Source: Octopus sinensis (Eukaryota). From it: a stretch of DNA of 64,000 nucleotides. This document shows, one piece after another, positions 13,081 through 25,716 of the stretch (the stretch's first letter is position 1; the number at the start of each line of letters is the position of its first letter). The position numbers were made by a program, and so were the translations under genes. The notes under the pieces are model-generated. The model was given only the letters and a program-made list of their open reading frames with translations, searched no databases and was not told the origin of the DNA. The stretch spans positions 98,642,001 to 98,706,000 of the forward strand of contig NC_042998.1 in the NCBI RefSeq assembly GCF_006345805.1, in the 5' to 3' direction.

Positions 13081-13394
13081 TATTGTTATATTTCGGAATG
13101 GTCATATTGCCAGTTTAGCCAATAAAAACACACGCACTATATATTTGGTGTTATTTTGCTTCAGTGATATTTATTTTTTACATTAATCTTAATCTTATTT
13201 CGGCCAGAGTTCTTTCGTCACACTCCTGTGACCGCATCAGTGGTCCTTTGTTTTCTTCTTTTGTATTTGTGTCTCTCCTTACTAAGATTAATGTAAAAAA
13301 TAAATATCACTGAAGCAAAATAACACCAAATATATAGTGCGTGTGTTTTTATTGGCTAAACTGGCAATATGACCATTCTGAAATAAAGCAATAT
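13081..13394 (-). mobile_element. Foldback element: 102-bp inverted arms around a 91-bp spacer with a hammerhead-like motif (Penelope-like/retrozyme-like, inferred)
   Basis: Arms 13090-13191 and 13283-13384 differ at one position. The spacer reads CTGATGC-G-GTCACA-GGAG-TGTGAC-GAAA-GAACT-C-TGGCC on the minus strand. Confidence 0.8.
13202..13246 (-). ncRNA. Minimal type I hammerhead-ribozyme-like motif with A9>C core change
   Basis: Stem I GGACCA/TGGCC, core CTGATG(C), 6-bp stem II, GAAA, short stem III, CUC cleavage triplet. Confidence 0.6.
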
Positions 13395-13628
13395 CTGTTT
13401 CAACACACGACTTCACATAAAAAATCTTGCACAACAAATATTTAAACGTACTGTCATCATAACATTTGGTGGAAGATACAGTACAATAATTAGAAAAATG
13501 TTAATCTTTTTATGTAATTTTGAGATCCATAGAATTCACAAGAGACAAGCACTGTTGCAAGTAAATTCTTTTAGAGTTGTGGTCCCTGTTGATGAAAGCT
13601 AAGTAAATTGATGTACATAGAATAAGTA

Positions 13629-14050
13629 GGCACAGACACGGCTGTGTGGTAAGAAGCTTGCTTCCCAACCACATGATTCTGGGTTCAGTCCCACTGTATG
13701 GCACTTTGGGCAAGTGTCTTCTACTATAGCCTTGGGCCAACCAAATCCTTGTGAGTTGATTTGGTAGACGGAAACTGAAAGAAGCCCATCGTATGTATAT
13801 ATATATATATGTGCATATATTTATGTGTGTGTGTCTTTGTGTCAATGGTTGTCCCCCTCCCCTCCCCACCATCGCTTGACAACCAATGTTGGTGTGTTTA
13901 TGTCCCTGAAACTTACCATTTCAGCAAAAGAGACTGATAGAATAAGTACTAGGCTTACAAAGAATAAGTCCTGGGGGTCGATTTCTTTGACTAAAGGCAA
14001 TGCTCCAGCATAGCCACAGTCAAAGACTGGAATGTGCGAAAGGGTAAAAG
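13629..14050 (+). mobile_element. tRNA-derived CORE-like SINE (family B)
   Basis: tRNA-like head GGCTGTGTGGTAAG...GGGTTCAGTCCC, CORE-like TTGGGCAAGTGTCTT, internal (TA)/(TG) tract, recurrent tail. Confidence 0.8.
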
Positions 14051-15009
14051 AGTAAAGAGTAACTACTCAGAGATACACTCACTAATGCTGATGTAAGACT
14101 TCTGACTCTTGTGCTCTTAGTTCAATATTTTATCTATTTGGCCTGCAATGTAATCAACCCTTTTACTGTAGAAATCAGATATATCTACTCAAACTTTTAT
14201 CACCCTTGGCTGCAGAAAGCAGTTTTGTGTATCAATCTCCCTTTTGTTGAGAAATTTTATGTTTAAACTATTTTTTGCTGAGATATGTCAAGTTTATTGA
14301 GGTAAAATGATATACAGAAAATACCAACTCTATTCATTTGGCAAATACTTAACATCACTACTGGAATAACCATGAAATTTAACAACACAGTTAAAGGATT
14401 AAATCATTTATTTTAAATAATCTTTTCAAAGGTCAAAGAAAAATATGCTTTAGATCTAGTTGTATTTGTGCTTTTGATAACTTTTTGGTTCTATCTAGCC
14501 TAGTGTAAATCATTTTAAATGTTATATACACCTGAAAAGAAGCAGGTCGAAACACTGTCCATATGTTGCTTTTTCTTTCACCATCATATTCAAATCAATT
14601 TAGATTCCATTTCTGATTTCTTTGATTATTTCTCTCTTGTGTTGAGATCATCAATGAGATATTTTTGTCTTTATGAGACAATTTTATTTGGAGAATTCAA
14701 TGTTTACAATTGGTCTTAGGTTTCCCATCAACTTACATGTCCCAACCTGGTATGGAAACCTTAGCATTGCAAGTATCCTTCAGCAACTGATCTTCCGCTT
14801 CTCATAAACCTAACTATCAATTATGACATATTTCCTACTGACAAGCCTGAATGTTATCTATAGAACTCTCTTCCCATCATCTGTTCCAACATCTGCTTTA
14901 ATACTACTAACCACAATGAAGTTGTACATAACTGAAGCCTCATCTTTAGTTCACATGTTCAAGTCTGTCAACTTGTCAAACATTCATTAATTTACATCAG
15001 TAGGACAGC

Positions 15010-16345
15010 TAACCTCTATGATGGTATATACTTTTTCTTCTGTCCCAAAGAACAATATCCAGCCTGTTATGCTTACACTTGAGAGATGTTTTGTTAGGAA
15101 TGTTCCACCAGTATTCCTTGACTTGGTGTTTGTGCATGTATTCAATAACAGGTTGATTCTTCATGTTTATTCTAGGACAGTCTTTTTCCCAAATGGCATT
15201 GTATATTGTTTTTGTGACAATGTCGTGTCGCATAGGTTGGTAGTACCTTGACGGCAACTTTGAGCAACTGCTAATCACTTGTGTGATGTCTTTCACAAAA
15301 ATATCACAATAAACATATAAATAAATAAATAAATATGTGTGTATGTGACTGAGTCTGTCTGTCTGTCTGTCTGTCTGTCTGTATGTATGTATGTATGTAT
15401 GTATGTATGTATGTATGTATGTATGTATGTATGTATGTATGTATGTATGTATGTATGTATGTATGTATGTATGTATGTATGCATGCATGCATGCATGTAT
15501 GGATGTATTTATGTCATTATTCAGTTTTATTTTGAGATTTCTTGCCAATAGAGAAAGAGCCAGTTTCTAACCTAGATCCAAGGCTCCTTCATTGGAATTT
15601 GAACATCAACAACAGGGTATTTTAGTATGTGTGTATATGTGCTGATTTGTATGTTTTGTTTCATGTATGTCTTCTTATGCATATACTTGCATATCTAGAC
15701 TTGCTCATATATACTAGAATGATAAACTTCAGGAAAGTTTTACAAATTTTTACAGCTCCAGTGATGGGCTGGATATCTATGTATGTATGTATGCATGTGT
15801 GTGTGTGTGTGTGTGCATGCACATGTGTGTGCATGCATGCATGTCATTATTCAGTTTTATTTTAAGATTTCTTGTCAATAGAGAAAGAGCTGGTTTCTAA
15901 CCTAGATCCAAAGCTCCTTCATTTAAATTCCAACATCAACAACAGAGTATTTTTGTATGTATGTATGTATTCGAAGACTACAGATCCAACCCATCACTGA
16001 AACTGTAAAAATCTGTATAACAAATGTATGTATGTACATGTGCAGACTTGTACGTTTTGTTTTATGTATGTCTTCTCATGCATATACTTGCATATCTAGA
16101 CATGCTCATATATACTTGAATGATAAACTTCTGGAAAGTTTTACATATTTTTACAGTTCTAGTGATGGCTTGGATCTATAGTCTTCGAAGCAACTTTCTC
16201 CTTTCTGGTTTTGGGAAGCCTAATTTCTCAAGGTTGGTATTTACAGTGTCCTACATGTCTCAGTGCCCCAAAAATTACAGGTATAAACCTGAACTTGTAA
16301 TTTGAATAGAGCAACTGCAGATTTCTCAATAATTCAGCATATGCG
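15010..16345 (-). mobile_element. Cluster of RLE-type LINE fragments and repeated 3' units interleaved with (TATG)n, (TGTC)n and (CATG)n
   Basis: ORF 15009-15548 contains RHDIVTK...EYWWN...KHNRLDIVLWDR. A ~110-bp unit occurs at about 15512-15622 and 15843-15955; a ~150-bp unit recurs at about 15630-15775 and 16040-16190. Confidence 0.75.
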
Positions 16346-16409
16346 CATATGTATGTATATATGTATGTATGTATCTATCTACCTATTTTATATATGTATA
16401 TGTGTATAT

Positions 16410-17250
16410 ACAGGATGCAGTGAATAAACTATCTTCTAAATTATGCAAAAATGAAAATAACACTGACATCTCATTTTAACAAATATATTTACCAAAATTA
16501 CAAAAAATATTTTGAAATACTAAAGAGTAAACTTATTCAATAAAATTGCCATTGGCTTCAACCATGGCCTCCAGATGACTTCGGAATCTCCTGCAACTCT
16601 TTTGAACAGTCTCCTTGTTTAAGTTGGTGAATGCTGCCATAATTCTTTGCCTTCAGGTCATCTTTGGTGTTACAGGGAGTTTTGTTGGTCTTTTGCTCAA
16701 CTGTGTCCCTCACATAATAATCAAGGGGGTTGCAATCTGGGGAGTTAGGTGGCTAGATGTTAAGGGTGATGTGGTCGCAGAAATTGTCTGACAGCCATGA
16801 CTTGGTTCTCCTGCTTGTGTGGTATGGTGCAGAGTCCTGTTGCAAGACACAGGGTCTTCTAGCAGCCACCCTCTTGACCCAGGGCAGCACTATCTCCCCC
16901 AGGTACTTGATGTAGGCTTCTGTGTTGAGTCTGAGGCCATGTGGGAAGATGAATGGAGGCATAACATCGTCATCACTAGTGATCACTCTAAACACCATGA
17001 TGTTGACTAGAAGTTTGATTTTTATCACTCTCAGTACATGTCCTCAGGCGGACACTCAAACACTCTGAAATGTTCATATTGGAGCTTCCGATGCAAATGC
17101 CAAGCAGTAAAGCATGTCGTTTCCAAATATCTGGCAGAGTGAAATGCATCATGGTGCTGTTTTTCTCACAGAATGGTGTGCTAACAAGTTTTCTTTTGAC
17201 CTAAATGCTTCTACAAAATTGCTAACTATTAATTGTCAAGTTTTATTTTT
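16410..17250 (-). mobile_element. Decayed Tc1/mariner superfamily transposon with DD37D spacing (maT-like)
   Basis: QQDSAPYHT...NI*PPNSPDCNPLD has 37 positions between the second and third Asp; the stop is TAG at the usual Trp position. Confidence 0.75.
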
Positions 17251-17411
17251 TAACTACAACAATCTCTCTCATGCTTTCTATGATTCTAACTGAAGAGGGC
17301 TTGTGAGTATAAAGAGAGGTGCCATTCTTCTTAGGGCACAAGTACAAATGATAAGATTAATAGTGCTATAATACGAAAGTGGGAAGTAAAAATTTCATTG
17401 ATGGTAATTAC

Positions 17412-17594
17412 CTGAGTGGTGATATATTTAACAATTGGTAATGGTTCAGCTTTTGCCTTGTGTGGCTTTTCTTCTTTCTTCCAATGTGGAGAGCTTAATT
17501 TTAATTTAGAGAGGGATACGTCTGATTTAATTTTCTCAAGGAGAGGAGTACTCTCCCTTCTACGTGTGGGTGATGCTTGCTGAAAAAGGGACTC
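17412..17594 (-). CDS. unc-80: unc-80 exon, 183 nt (ESLFQQASPTRRRESTPLLEK...VKYITTQ), phase 0 to 0
   Basis: Acceptor tttgtcttttccag, donor CAG|gtaatt; 61 open codons. Confidence 0.9.
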
Positions 17595-18912
17595 CTGGAA
17601 AAGACAAACATGGCAATTATCATAAGTAAATTAAATTTAAACCAAGATTTTATGGTAAAATAAAGCCCATATTTTATATAATGTAACACAAACACACTAT
17701 AAAAATAACTTTTAAACCATTTTTTTTACAAATTGCATGAATAGGTAGCTTCTGCAAAGTTCTAGATTTACTGGAATTACAAGCATTTTTAAGGGAAAAT
17801 GTCAGTCTTAACAATTAAGTAAAATAACATAGACTAATTTCTTTAACATGTCTCTTAACCCATTGGCATTTGAGTTGATCATATCAGGCTCAAATATTCT
17901 ACCTGTTTTAATTTAATTTCTTTTTTGTAATTTACATGAATTATAGATCACAAAAAATAAATCTGTGACCTGTTTTTTACTTCTAATGAGAAGTGATTTC
18001 ATTTTCAGTTATGCAAAAATATCTTTAAGAAGTGTGTAACCATTACATTTTTCATATGCATTCTTATCCTTTATGAGCTATTGATAGGATTGATTATGCA
18101 TTAATGAATACTGCTGACCACAAAAACTGCAGTAGTTAAATTTATTACAAAATAATTTGGGAAATAAAACATCCTATGATAAGAGCTACAATTAATTGAA
18201 TTGACAGGTTTAGTAGTAAACTGGATGCTAATATGCTTAATGCAGTGATGAATGAAAGTGATTATCTAAAAGACTTGGCAGGGGAAGCAACAATAGAATT
18301 TAAATGAATGAAAATTAATTGAATATAGAATGCATTAGGGGAGGAGGAGAAAACGGTTTAGTATAACCTGTTTCATCATGACTGTACTAACCATACCTAG
18401 GAAGTGGAAGAAGTGCAGTATTTTTAAAGAAAGTACTCAGGAATTTATAATTGGGGACTGCTTCCTTAATTTGCTGTGCTAAGTACACATCATTTCATGG
18501 ATCTTGAGAAGATCGTCCAATATTCAAATATGCCTTAATTTGAATTACTACATGAGGAAGAAGACTTCCGATGTTCCAATAGCATAAAAGTGTATTTTCC
18601 AGCATATAAGTTGAATTTTCTAGACCAAAACTTACAACGAAAAAGGTAGGTTGACTTATATGCTAAGATGACTTTGAAGGACCAAAAATTCTATGTGAAA
18701 TGTAGCAGGATTTGGAAAGGTAGTCGTGATGATGATGTTTGAATGCTTACAGTTCATGGTTACAATACACACTTCATTGACTTGTATATTGGAAAACACA
18801 TGATTTAACTCATAGATACACATACATACAACAAAGACTGCATAAATAAAATCAATATGTAAAGAATACATTGTCATCCTTGCTATATAATTACTATTTG
18901 TAAAGAACATAC

Positions 18913-19125
18913 TTTTCTTTTGAGTTTATCCTTCTGCAATGTAGAACTCAAATCAACTACTTTATGAGGTTTCTTCACTTCCACTTCTTTTACAGATTCA
19001 TATATTTTATTCACTGCTGTGATTAAGCGTGAACAGCTGCGCCGCTGTCGCTCATAACAATATGGGTGACAATAATTTTGGTGAGTACAAATGAAATTAG
19101 ACAAATTGGCAAGTTGGACAACAAT
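18913..19125 (-). CDS. unc-80: unc-80 exon, 213 nt (IVVQLANLSNFICTHQNYCHPYCYERQRRSC...KLKRK), phase 0 to 0
   Basis: Acceptor ttttttcag, donor AAA|gtatgt; conserved Cys/His-rich segment. Confidence 0.93.
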
Positions 19126-19599
19126 CTGAAAAAAAAAGAAGAAAGAAATTCATTACATAAAATAAAACAACAATACTGACTGGTGTTAGTGCACAATACA
19201 CTGAATCAACAATATTAATGGTGCTTGTTTTAATGTCTGTTCTAGCATGGTTTAGACAGAAACTGATTTTGAAGCATGCCAGTATGGAATAGGGATGCTA
19301 AATGATGATGAAACTGATGCTCTCTTTCTCTGTCTCTCTCTATCACACATACACACACACATATGCAGTCTGATGAAGCTAAGCAAGTCAAAACATTTCC
19401 CTTCTTAAATGTTACTAAATATGTACTACAACTAAAACTTCTGAGAAACAATTCAGTTTAATGTTAAACTATTTTAACCTTTAATGATGAAAAAACAAAG
19501 ATATGATGATGATGATGGTAATAATGATGATGATGATGATGATGATGATGGTAGTCTGCTGTAGTGTGAGAAAGGTGGTTCTGCAATTTCTTGCTGAAC

Positions 19600-19850
19600 A
19601 ACCTGCACCAGATGATTTGTTAACGATGATCAAATGTATGTGTTATACATTAGCTCACTCCCTCCATCAAATCAACATTGCCTGTACAGGTGCACACTGT
19701 ACTGTACATCAAGTGTTGAAGTGATCACAGACCAACATGAGATGGAGAGTTTTCTCAAGAACACAACACACCACCTGGTCCAGGAATTGGAACCATGGTC
19801 TTGCGATTGAGAGTGTAACATCCTAACCATTAGGTCATGTGCCCTCATAG
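19600..19850 (-). mobile_element. tRNA-derived SINE of the family also seen at about 27640-27910
   Basis: Shared head TGGTTAGGATGTTACACTC...GGTTCCAATTCCTGGACC and TTCTTGAG(A/C)AA segment. Confidence 0.6.
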
Positions 19851-19956
19851 AAATAAAAGTTCAACATACATCTATAGATAAATTCAATGATATATTCAAT
19901 TTATAAAAAAGATTTCTATAAAATCATTGCAAAACATTCAATTGATGTCATCTTAC

Positions 19957-20156
19957 TTTAATCCATGGCATATTTTGACCCAAGTTTTTCTCGTCGTAGG
20001 CATCTTGATCAGTATGACTTTCTTGTGCTTCATGGTCACTAGTAGCTTGTTGTGAATCACCGCCTTCCATTTGTTCCTCTTCTAAAAACTTTTTATCTGA
20101 CCGGATAGACTGACTACTAATCTTTCTGGAACGTATGCTTCCAAACCGCTTGATAC
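19957..20156 (-). CDS. unc-80: unc-80 exon, 200 nt (IKRFGSIRSRKISSQ...GQNMPWIK), phase 1 to 0
   Basis: Acceptor ctttctttgattgattgtcag, donor AAA|gtaaga. Confidence 0.92.
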
Positions 20157-20235
20157 CTGACAATCAATCAAAGAAAGGTTTCAATAAATGTATTGAGTGC
20201 ATGTGTGTGAGCATGCATACATTAAAGATATTCTA

Positions 20236-20453
20236 ATAAGGCATCAAGCTAGCAGAATCATTACCATGCTAGACAAAATACTTAGCAGCATTTTATCTGT
20301 ATTTACATTGTGAGTTGAAATGCTGCTGAGGTCAACTTTGTCTTTCATATTTTCAGGGTTGATAAAATAAGTACTAGTTGAGCACTGGGATCGATGTAAT
20401 CAACTAGCCCCCTCCCTCAAAATTTCAGGCCTTATGCCTATAATAGAAAGGAT
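20236..20453 (+). mobile_element. Family A SINE
   Basis: Colinear with the other family A copies. Confidence 0.8.
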
Positions 20454-20497
20454 TGTAATACATTCCAATTACAACCATTCTAATTATTACATATATA

Positions 20498-20910
20498 GGC
20501 ACAGGCATGGCTGTGTGGGAAGAAGCTTGCTTCTCAACTTCATGGTTCCAGGTTCAGTCCCACTGCATGGCACATTGGGCAAGTGTCTTCTTCTATAGCT
20601 TCATGCTGACTAAAGTCTTGTGATTGAATTTTGGTAGATGGAAACTGATAGAAGCCTGTCATATATAGATGTATATATCTGTGTGTGTGTGTGTGTGCAT
20701 GTGTTTGTTTGTTTGCATCCCTCCACCATTTGACAACTGGTGTTGGTGTGTTTACGTTCTTGTAACTTAGTAGTTCAGCAACAGATATTGATGGAATAAG
20801 TAGCAGGCTTTAAAAAAATGTCCTGGATTTGATTCATTCAACTAAAACCCTTCAAGATGGTGCCCCAGCATGGCCACAGTCAAATGACTGAAACAAGTAA
20901 AAGATAAAAG
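20498..20910 (+). mobile_element. Family B SINE
   Basis: Colinear with 13629-14050. Confidence 0.8.
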
Positions 20911-22149
20911 ATATATGGTGTAATGACATAACACCCTGTTGTTATAAGTTAAATAAGTAGATGAGTAATATTTTTTTCTAATTTTGGCACAAAGCCATTT
21001 TATAAGACATAGAAATTGAGTGAAATCATTTTTGATAGTGGCGTACTTAATGGAATTCTCCACATTTCATATGGCATAGAATGCACATTTTGTTTTTAAT
21101 TGTCAATTAATTCAGTATCTGCACAGTAGTGTGCACAAATTTCATCAGCACAGTGAGGTATTCAATGTTCTGTTTACATATACATACATGTGCATATGAA
21201 AACAAGATACACATTTGCATGCACACACACACACACACGTGCACTCTCTCTCTCTCTCACACACACACTATGTATATAAGAAATATTCAATGCAAAATCA
21301 CATAGTAATCTTTTTAAGGAGAGAAAAACCTAATAAAATAAGTGCCGATTATATATTGGCATTAATTCTATATCCTTCCTTTAGAAATGCTGGTCCCATG
21401 TCCTATGCTGAAAAAAGAGACTAATTAAAAGAGAAGGAATGATGAAGTTGAAAGAATGTTGCAATACCAGACTTAGTCTGTGTCAGCCCATCTCAGATTT
21501 AAAATTTTTCTGGTAATAATTTCACATTTCACACATAAGGGTCAGTTTGATCGACTATATCTTTCTTAATAATTGTCCTGAATTTTAGCTCTATTTTGGC
21601 TGAAGAAATAATTGGAAATAATTCTGCTATTGATTTGTAAGGAGATATTTAATATTGCAGCAACTTAAATCTGTTGTGATCTCTAGGACTCATGAGACCA
21701 GAGATAAACCTAATTTCCAAGACATATAAGTAGTTCAGATTACAACACTACCCATCCTAAATTGGAGGTTTGTCTGTCACTGGACTGACTTCATAACTTT
21801 TGCAGAAACTCATTTACAGTAATACGAAATGAAGCATTTTACTCAGAAACAGAATGCCCTGCCCAGTCTGGGCAGTGAAACCACAATCTTATGATCCTGT
21901 GTGTAATACCCTAACCACAAAGCCATGTACCTTCATTGCAGCATTCATTGTCTTGAAATTGTGATTGAATATCATAAAATAACATTGTAAGATTATTTAG
22001 GTTATCATTGACAGGTATAAAAATAATAACAATGAACTTATTGCATACAGTGGTCAGGTGCACTACAACTCATCAGAAAAAGTAACTCAAAGTGCATGAA
22101 CAGAACACAGAATAATGCACATGAAGGAAACATTGAATGAGTTGTTAAA

Positions 22150-22870
22150 AGAAAAAGTGTGGAGTGGGTATTGCACATAATGTTCATAAATTTCAGGAAG
22201 CATAGAAGATCTGAAGAACATAGTGGCATGACAACTAACAATTGATGCAGGTAGTTTATTCCATGCTTCAGCAATTCTGAACATGAAAAGATGTCACATA
22301 TTTCCCAATAATCATCAAAAATTAATTTGGACTCATATTTAAGAGGAGGCAGTCAAAGATCTCAGTCAATGGCTGTCTTTATCATGTTAGTTCAACATAT
22401 AATCTTTGTCCAGAGATCCATAATGGTTAGCTCATGCCAGTCCCTTCACTGGTGTAATTTTAATCTGTCTATTCACATACAATTATTTGACTTGGTTTGC
22501 AGATCTAGTTGATGGTTGTAGTGTAATATCACCCAGACAAGTGATATCTCATTTACTTACCATTGCGAACAATGGTTGTTGCTCGACCTGCTTCTTTACA
22601 TCTAGAATGTCCTGGATTTTGCAAAGAGATCTGCATTTTTATTTAAGCAAAACAATGAACAAAAGTTTTTCAGCCATCATCACCCAACTTTTAATCAAAC
22701 AGTGGAAGAGAAAACTAATAAATGATGTCCATCCTTTTTTTATGATAATAGGATGTAACCTGAATGAGATTTGACTATTTCTAGTAAATCAACTTTCTCT
22801 TCTTGGCTGTTTTTAGATGCCACTGCTCTCAGTCATATAAAAAAGAGAGATTGTGCTAGAATTACAAAAC
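22150..22870 (-). mobile_element. CR1/L2-type LINE 3' remnant
   Basis: ORF 22087-22284 (FRIAEAWNKLPASIVSC) matches the usual CR1 ORF2 C-terminal motif. Confidence 0.65.
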
Positions 22871-23547
22871 ATTCTCTTGGTAGTATGAGAATGCTTCTTA
22901 CTCTTACACATTTGAAAAGTTAGCTGAATGTAGCAGAAACCTTTTCTATCCTGTTGTCAGGTCCTTAGTCTCTGACTCTGTTGTTGTTGATGGATCTGTC
23001 AAGGTAAGATAAAATCCTCTAATACTTCTTTTTTTTTATTTTTACTGACTTAGTCAGAAGAGAAAGGGTAGCACTCATAACTCTTCACAGGGCTTCTGTA
23101 ACAGGTGAGAAGATGTTATCTTCACATTTCAAACTTGGCTTGAATACTTTCAACAGAACAGACTCAACTAAAGCCATCCATGTGCTGGATTGTGGTATTA
23201 AATAGAGTGATGAATTAAAGCTGCTACTCAAGATAAGGCATGGTCCCTCTGATAAATTTCTACTCAGCTTTCATTTCCAATATTTCACCCATAAGGCTTT
23301 TGGTTGACCTGAAAATCCCATAAATCTAATTGCCCCTACATTATCTTATTGCTTCCTAGGGAAGATGGTAACACCACCATTTTTGAATCAATGTTAAAAA
23401 CTGACCAATAATATATCATTTAAAACTAAACATTAACTATCCTATCTTTGCCTTGTTCCTTTCTCCATAACAAATTGGTTACCATGGGTTACTTTAGATC
23501 AATAAATATGAAAAACCTGGAAAGAGGAAAAAAAATTATGTACTTAC

Positions 23548-23670
23548 TCCCGCCTTCTTGCCTTTTCAACCGGAAACTCCTATTGTGACGGAAACTTGAA
23601 TTATGCCCAGGACCAGAACTTCGTCTAAAATGCTTCAGTAATTTCTGGCGACCTTGGGCTAGTCTTCTCC
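23548..23670 (-). CDS. unc-80: unc-80 exon, 123 nt (GRRLAQGRQKLLKHFRRSSGPGHNSSFRHNRSFRLKRQEGG), phase 1 to 1
   Basis: Acceptor tttcccttcccatag, donor GGGA|gtaagt; not in the ORF track. Confidence 0.92.
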
Positions 23671-25684
23671 CTATGGGAAGGGAAATTTACATGTTAAATT
23701 GCACTGATCAAAAGACACTTTTCGATAAATTACTAGTAACATTCTAATGATGTTAACAATCATATGATAATATTTTTTTGTTAATTACTATAAAAAAATT
23801 CCAATTGTGATAATAAAACATTCTATTTTATGATGATAATCCAGAAAACCTTTCATATAAACTAAAAAAGAAAAAAGGAAAAAAAAAAAAAGGAAAATAA
23901 AACCAGTCCATTTCAAAGCACAAAAATGTAAGTCCAACATTCTTGAGTGTTCAAATGTAAAATTTGGATATGTGATACTTGCTATATTTTTTTGATGGAA
24001 GGAAAATCATCAAAATATGAAGAAACATAAGAGAAAGTTCTAAGAAATATTGAAAAATATATTTAACAAAAATACCAAGTACTGAGACACAAAAGAAAAA
24101 AAAATAGGAAAAAGAAACGGACTATACATGATAGTTGAAATAAAGAAAACTTTATATGATATTTTAATACACTCATACACACACGTATATATATATATAT
24201 ACACAAAATATATCAAAATATATTTCTAGATGTGTAAGTTTAGTACCATGATTAGAATATAGCTCTCCAAATTATACAAATTTATTATTAACTATATATA
24301 TTTATTTGCACTTATCAGGTTTACTTATTAATGTCTATTGATTAAACTGGAAATATGTTCCTCTTCTGCAAGTAAAAAAAAAATGAAGTTTATAATAATT
24401 AAGTCTTGTGTATACAGCATCCATATAGAATTGGTATGAATGTCTTTTGACAGCATCTGGAAAATATAAACTACTGGTGCATTATGTTTTCCATCTAAGT
24501 ATATATGGGATAATAAAGAAGGGATGTTAAAAAAAACAAAACAAATGCACACATACACAAAAACTACAGCGAAAATTTATATTACACAACTTAGATGTGA
24601 GTTAAATTCAAGTAAGGAAATTTCATATCACCTAAAAAGAAAATAAAAACTGAACTATTTAAAAAAATTAATTAAAAAATACTAAAAAACAAAATGATTA
24701 TTGTATCACTATAAAACATAATGAAAACTTAGTTATTAACTTAAAAGAAAGAAATTGATAAACTGAAAATTTAAAAGAAAATTAAAACTGAAGTTGGTCT
24801 TTTCCATAAGAGAAAAGTGAAAAATAAATTTAATTGTATGATGAGCAAAATACACATGAATGATGTTTTGAGAGAACCAAGTACTAAAATCAAAGATAAT
24901 TAAAAACAATAAAGTTACTTGATCAAATATCTCATTGAATATTAGTATTTTATAGAATGATAAATATTACTACATTTTGATAAGGTAAAATTGCACTATA
25001 GAACAGGGAAATAAATCTTATTACAGTCATGTCTTTAAAAGGGCATTAGCAGTTTAAGTGAAATCAAATGGCTCCTACCACAAGTTGACACCAGGCTGCA
25101 GAATCTGTTAATCAGATGCTTACCTCCTTCTCAATCGTGTTCGCCATAATTTATAAAAAGGATTTTAGAATTGTAGCTCTGTTTTTTTTTTAATCATGTG
25201 CAATTTAGGGATAAAAATACAAATGATATATGAACTCCACCAATATTTACTAGTTTAGGGATAGGGGAGAAAAAGTACAAGTTGGAACTATATCAACAGA
25301 GAAAAATATCCAATTTAAGAACAGAAAAATTAAGTAAGATAACACTAAGCAAACTATAAACTGTAAATATTCATGAATAAGAAAAGCGAGAGAAAAAATA
25401 TTTTAGAACAAGAGAAAAATTTGGAAATCAAAGAGGTGCTCAATATTTGAATACAAGATTGCATTAAAAAAACATTGGTATAAAAGAAAATGCAAGAAAC
25501 TAGTAATAAATAATATATATATGTATGTATAAATACACACACACACGCACACACAAAGCTGATGAGCACTCTATCACTGCTTGAAGTAGTATCAGAGTGA
25601 ATCGGCATCTTTAAACTAATAAACACTACTAATGCATTCAGTATTTTTCTCATATTGGTACACCTATATTTATGTGGATGATGA

Positions 25685-25716
<32 letters not shown>

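Noticed and set aside
18395-18580. Donor-like CTAG|gtatgg at about 18396 with upstream coding-like sequence
   Set aside because: The frames I tested contain stops, and exons 18913-19125 and 17412-17594 already join in frame.
19370-19397. CTGATGAAGCTAAGCAAGTCAAAACATT, a possible tiny hammerhead remnant
   Set aside because: Only a 3-bp stem II, no GAAA and no stem I; indistinguishable from chance.
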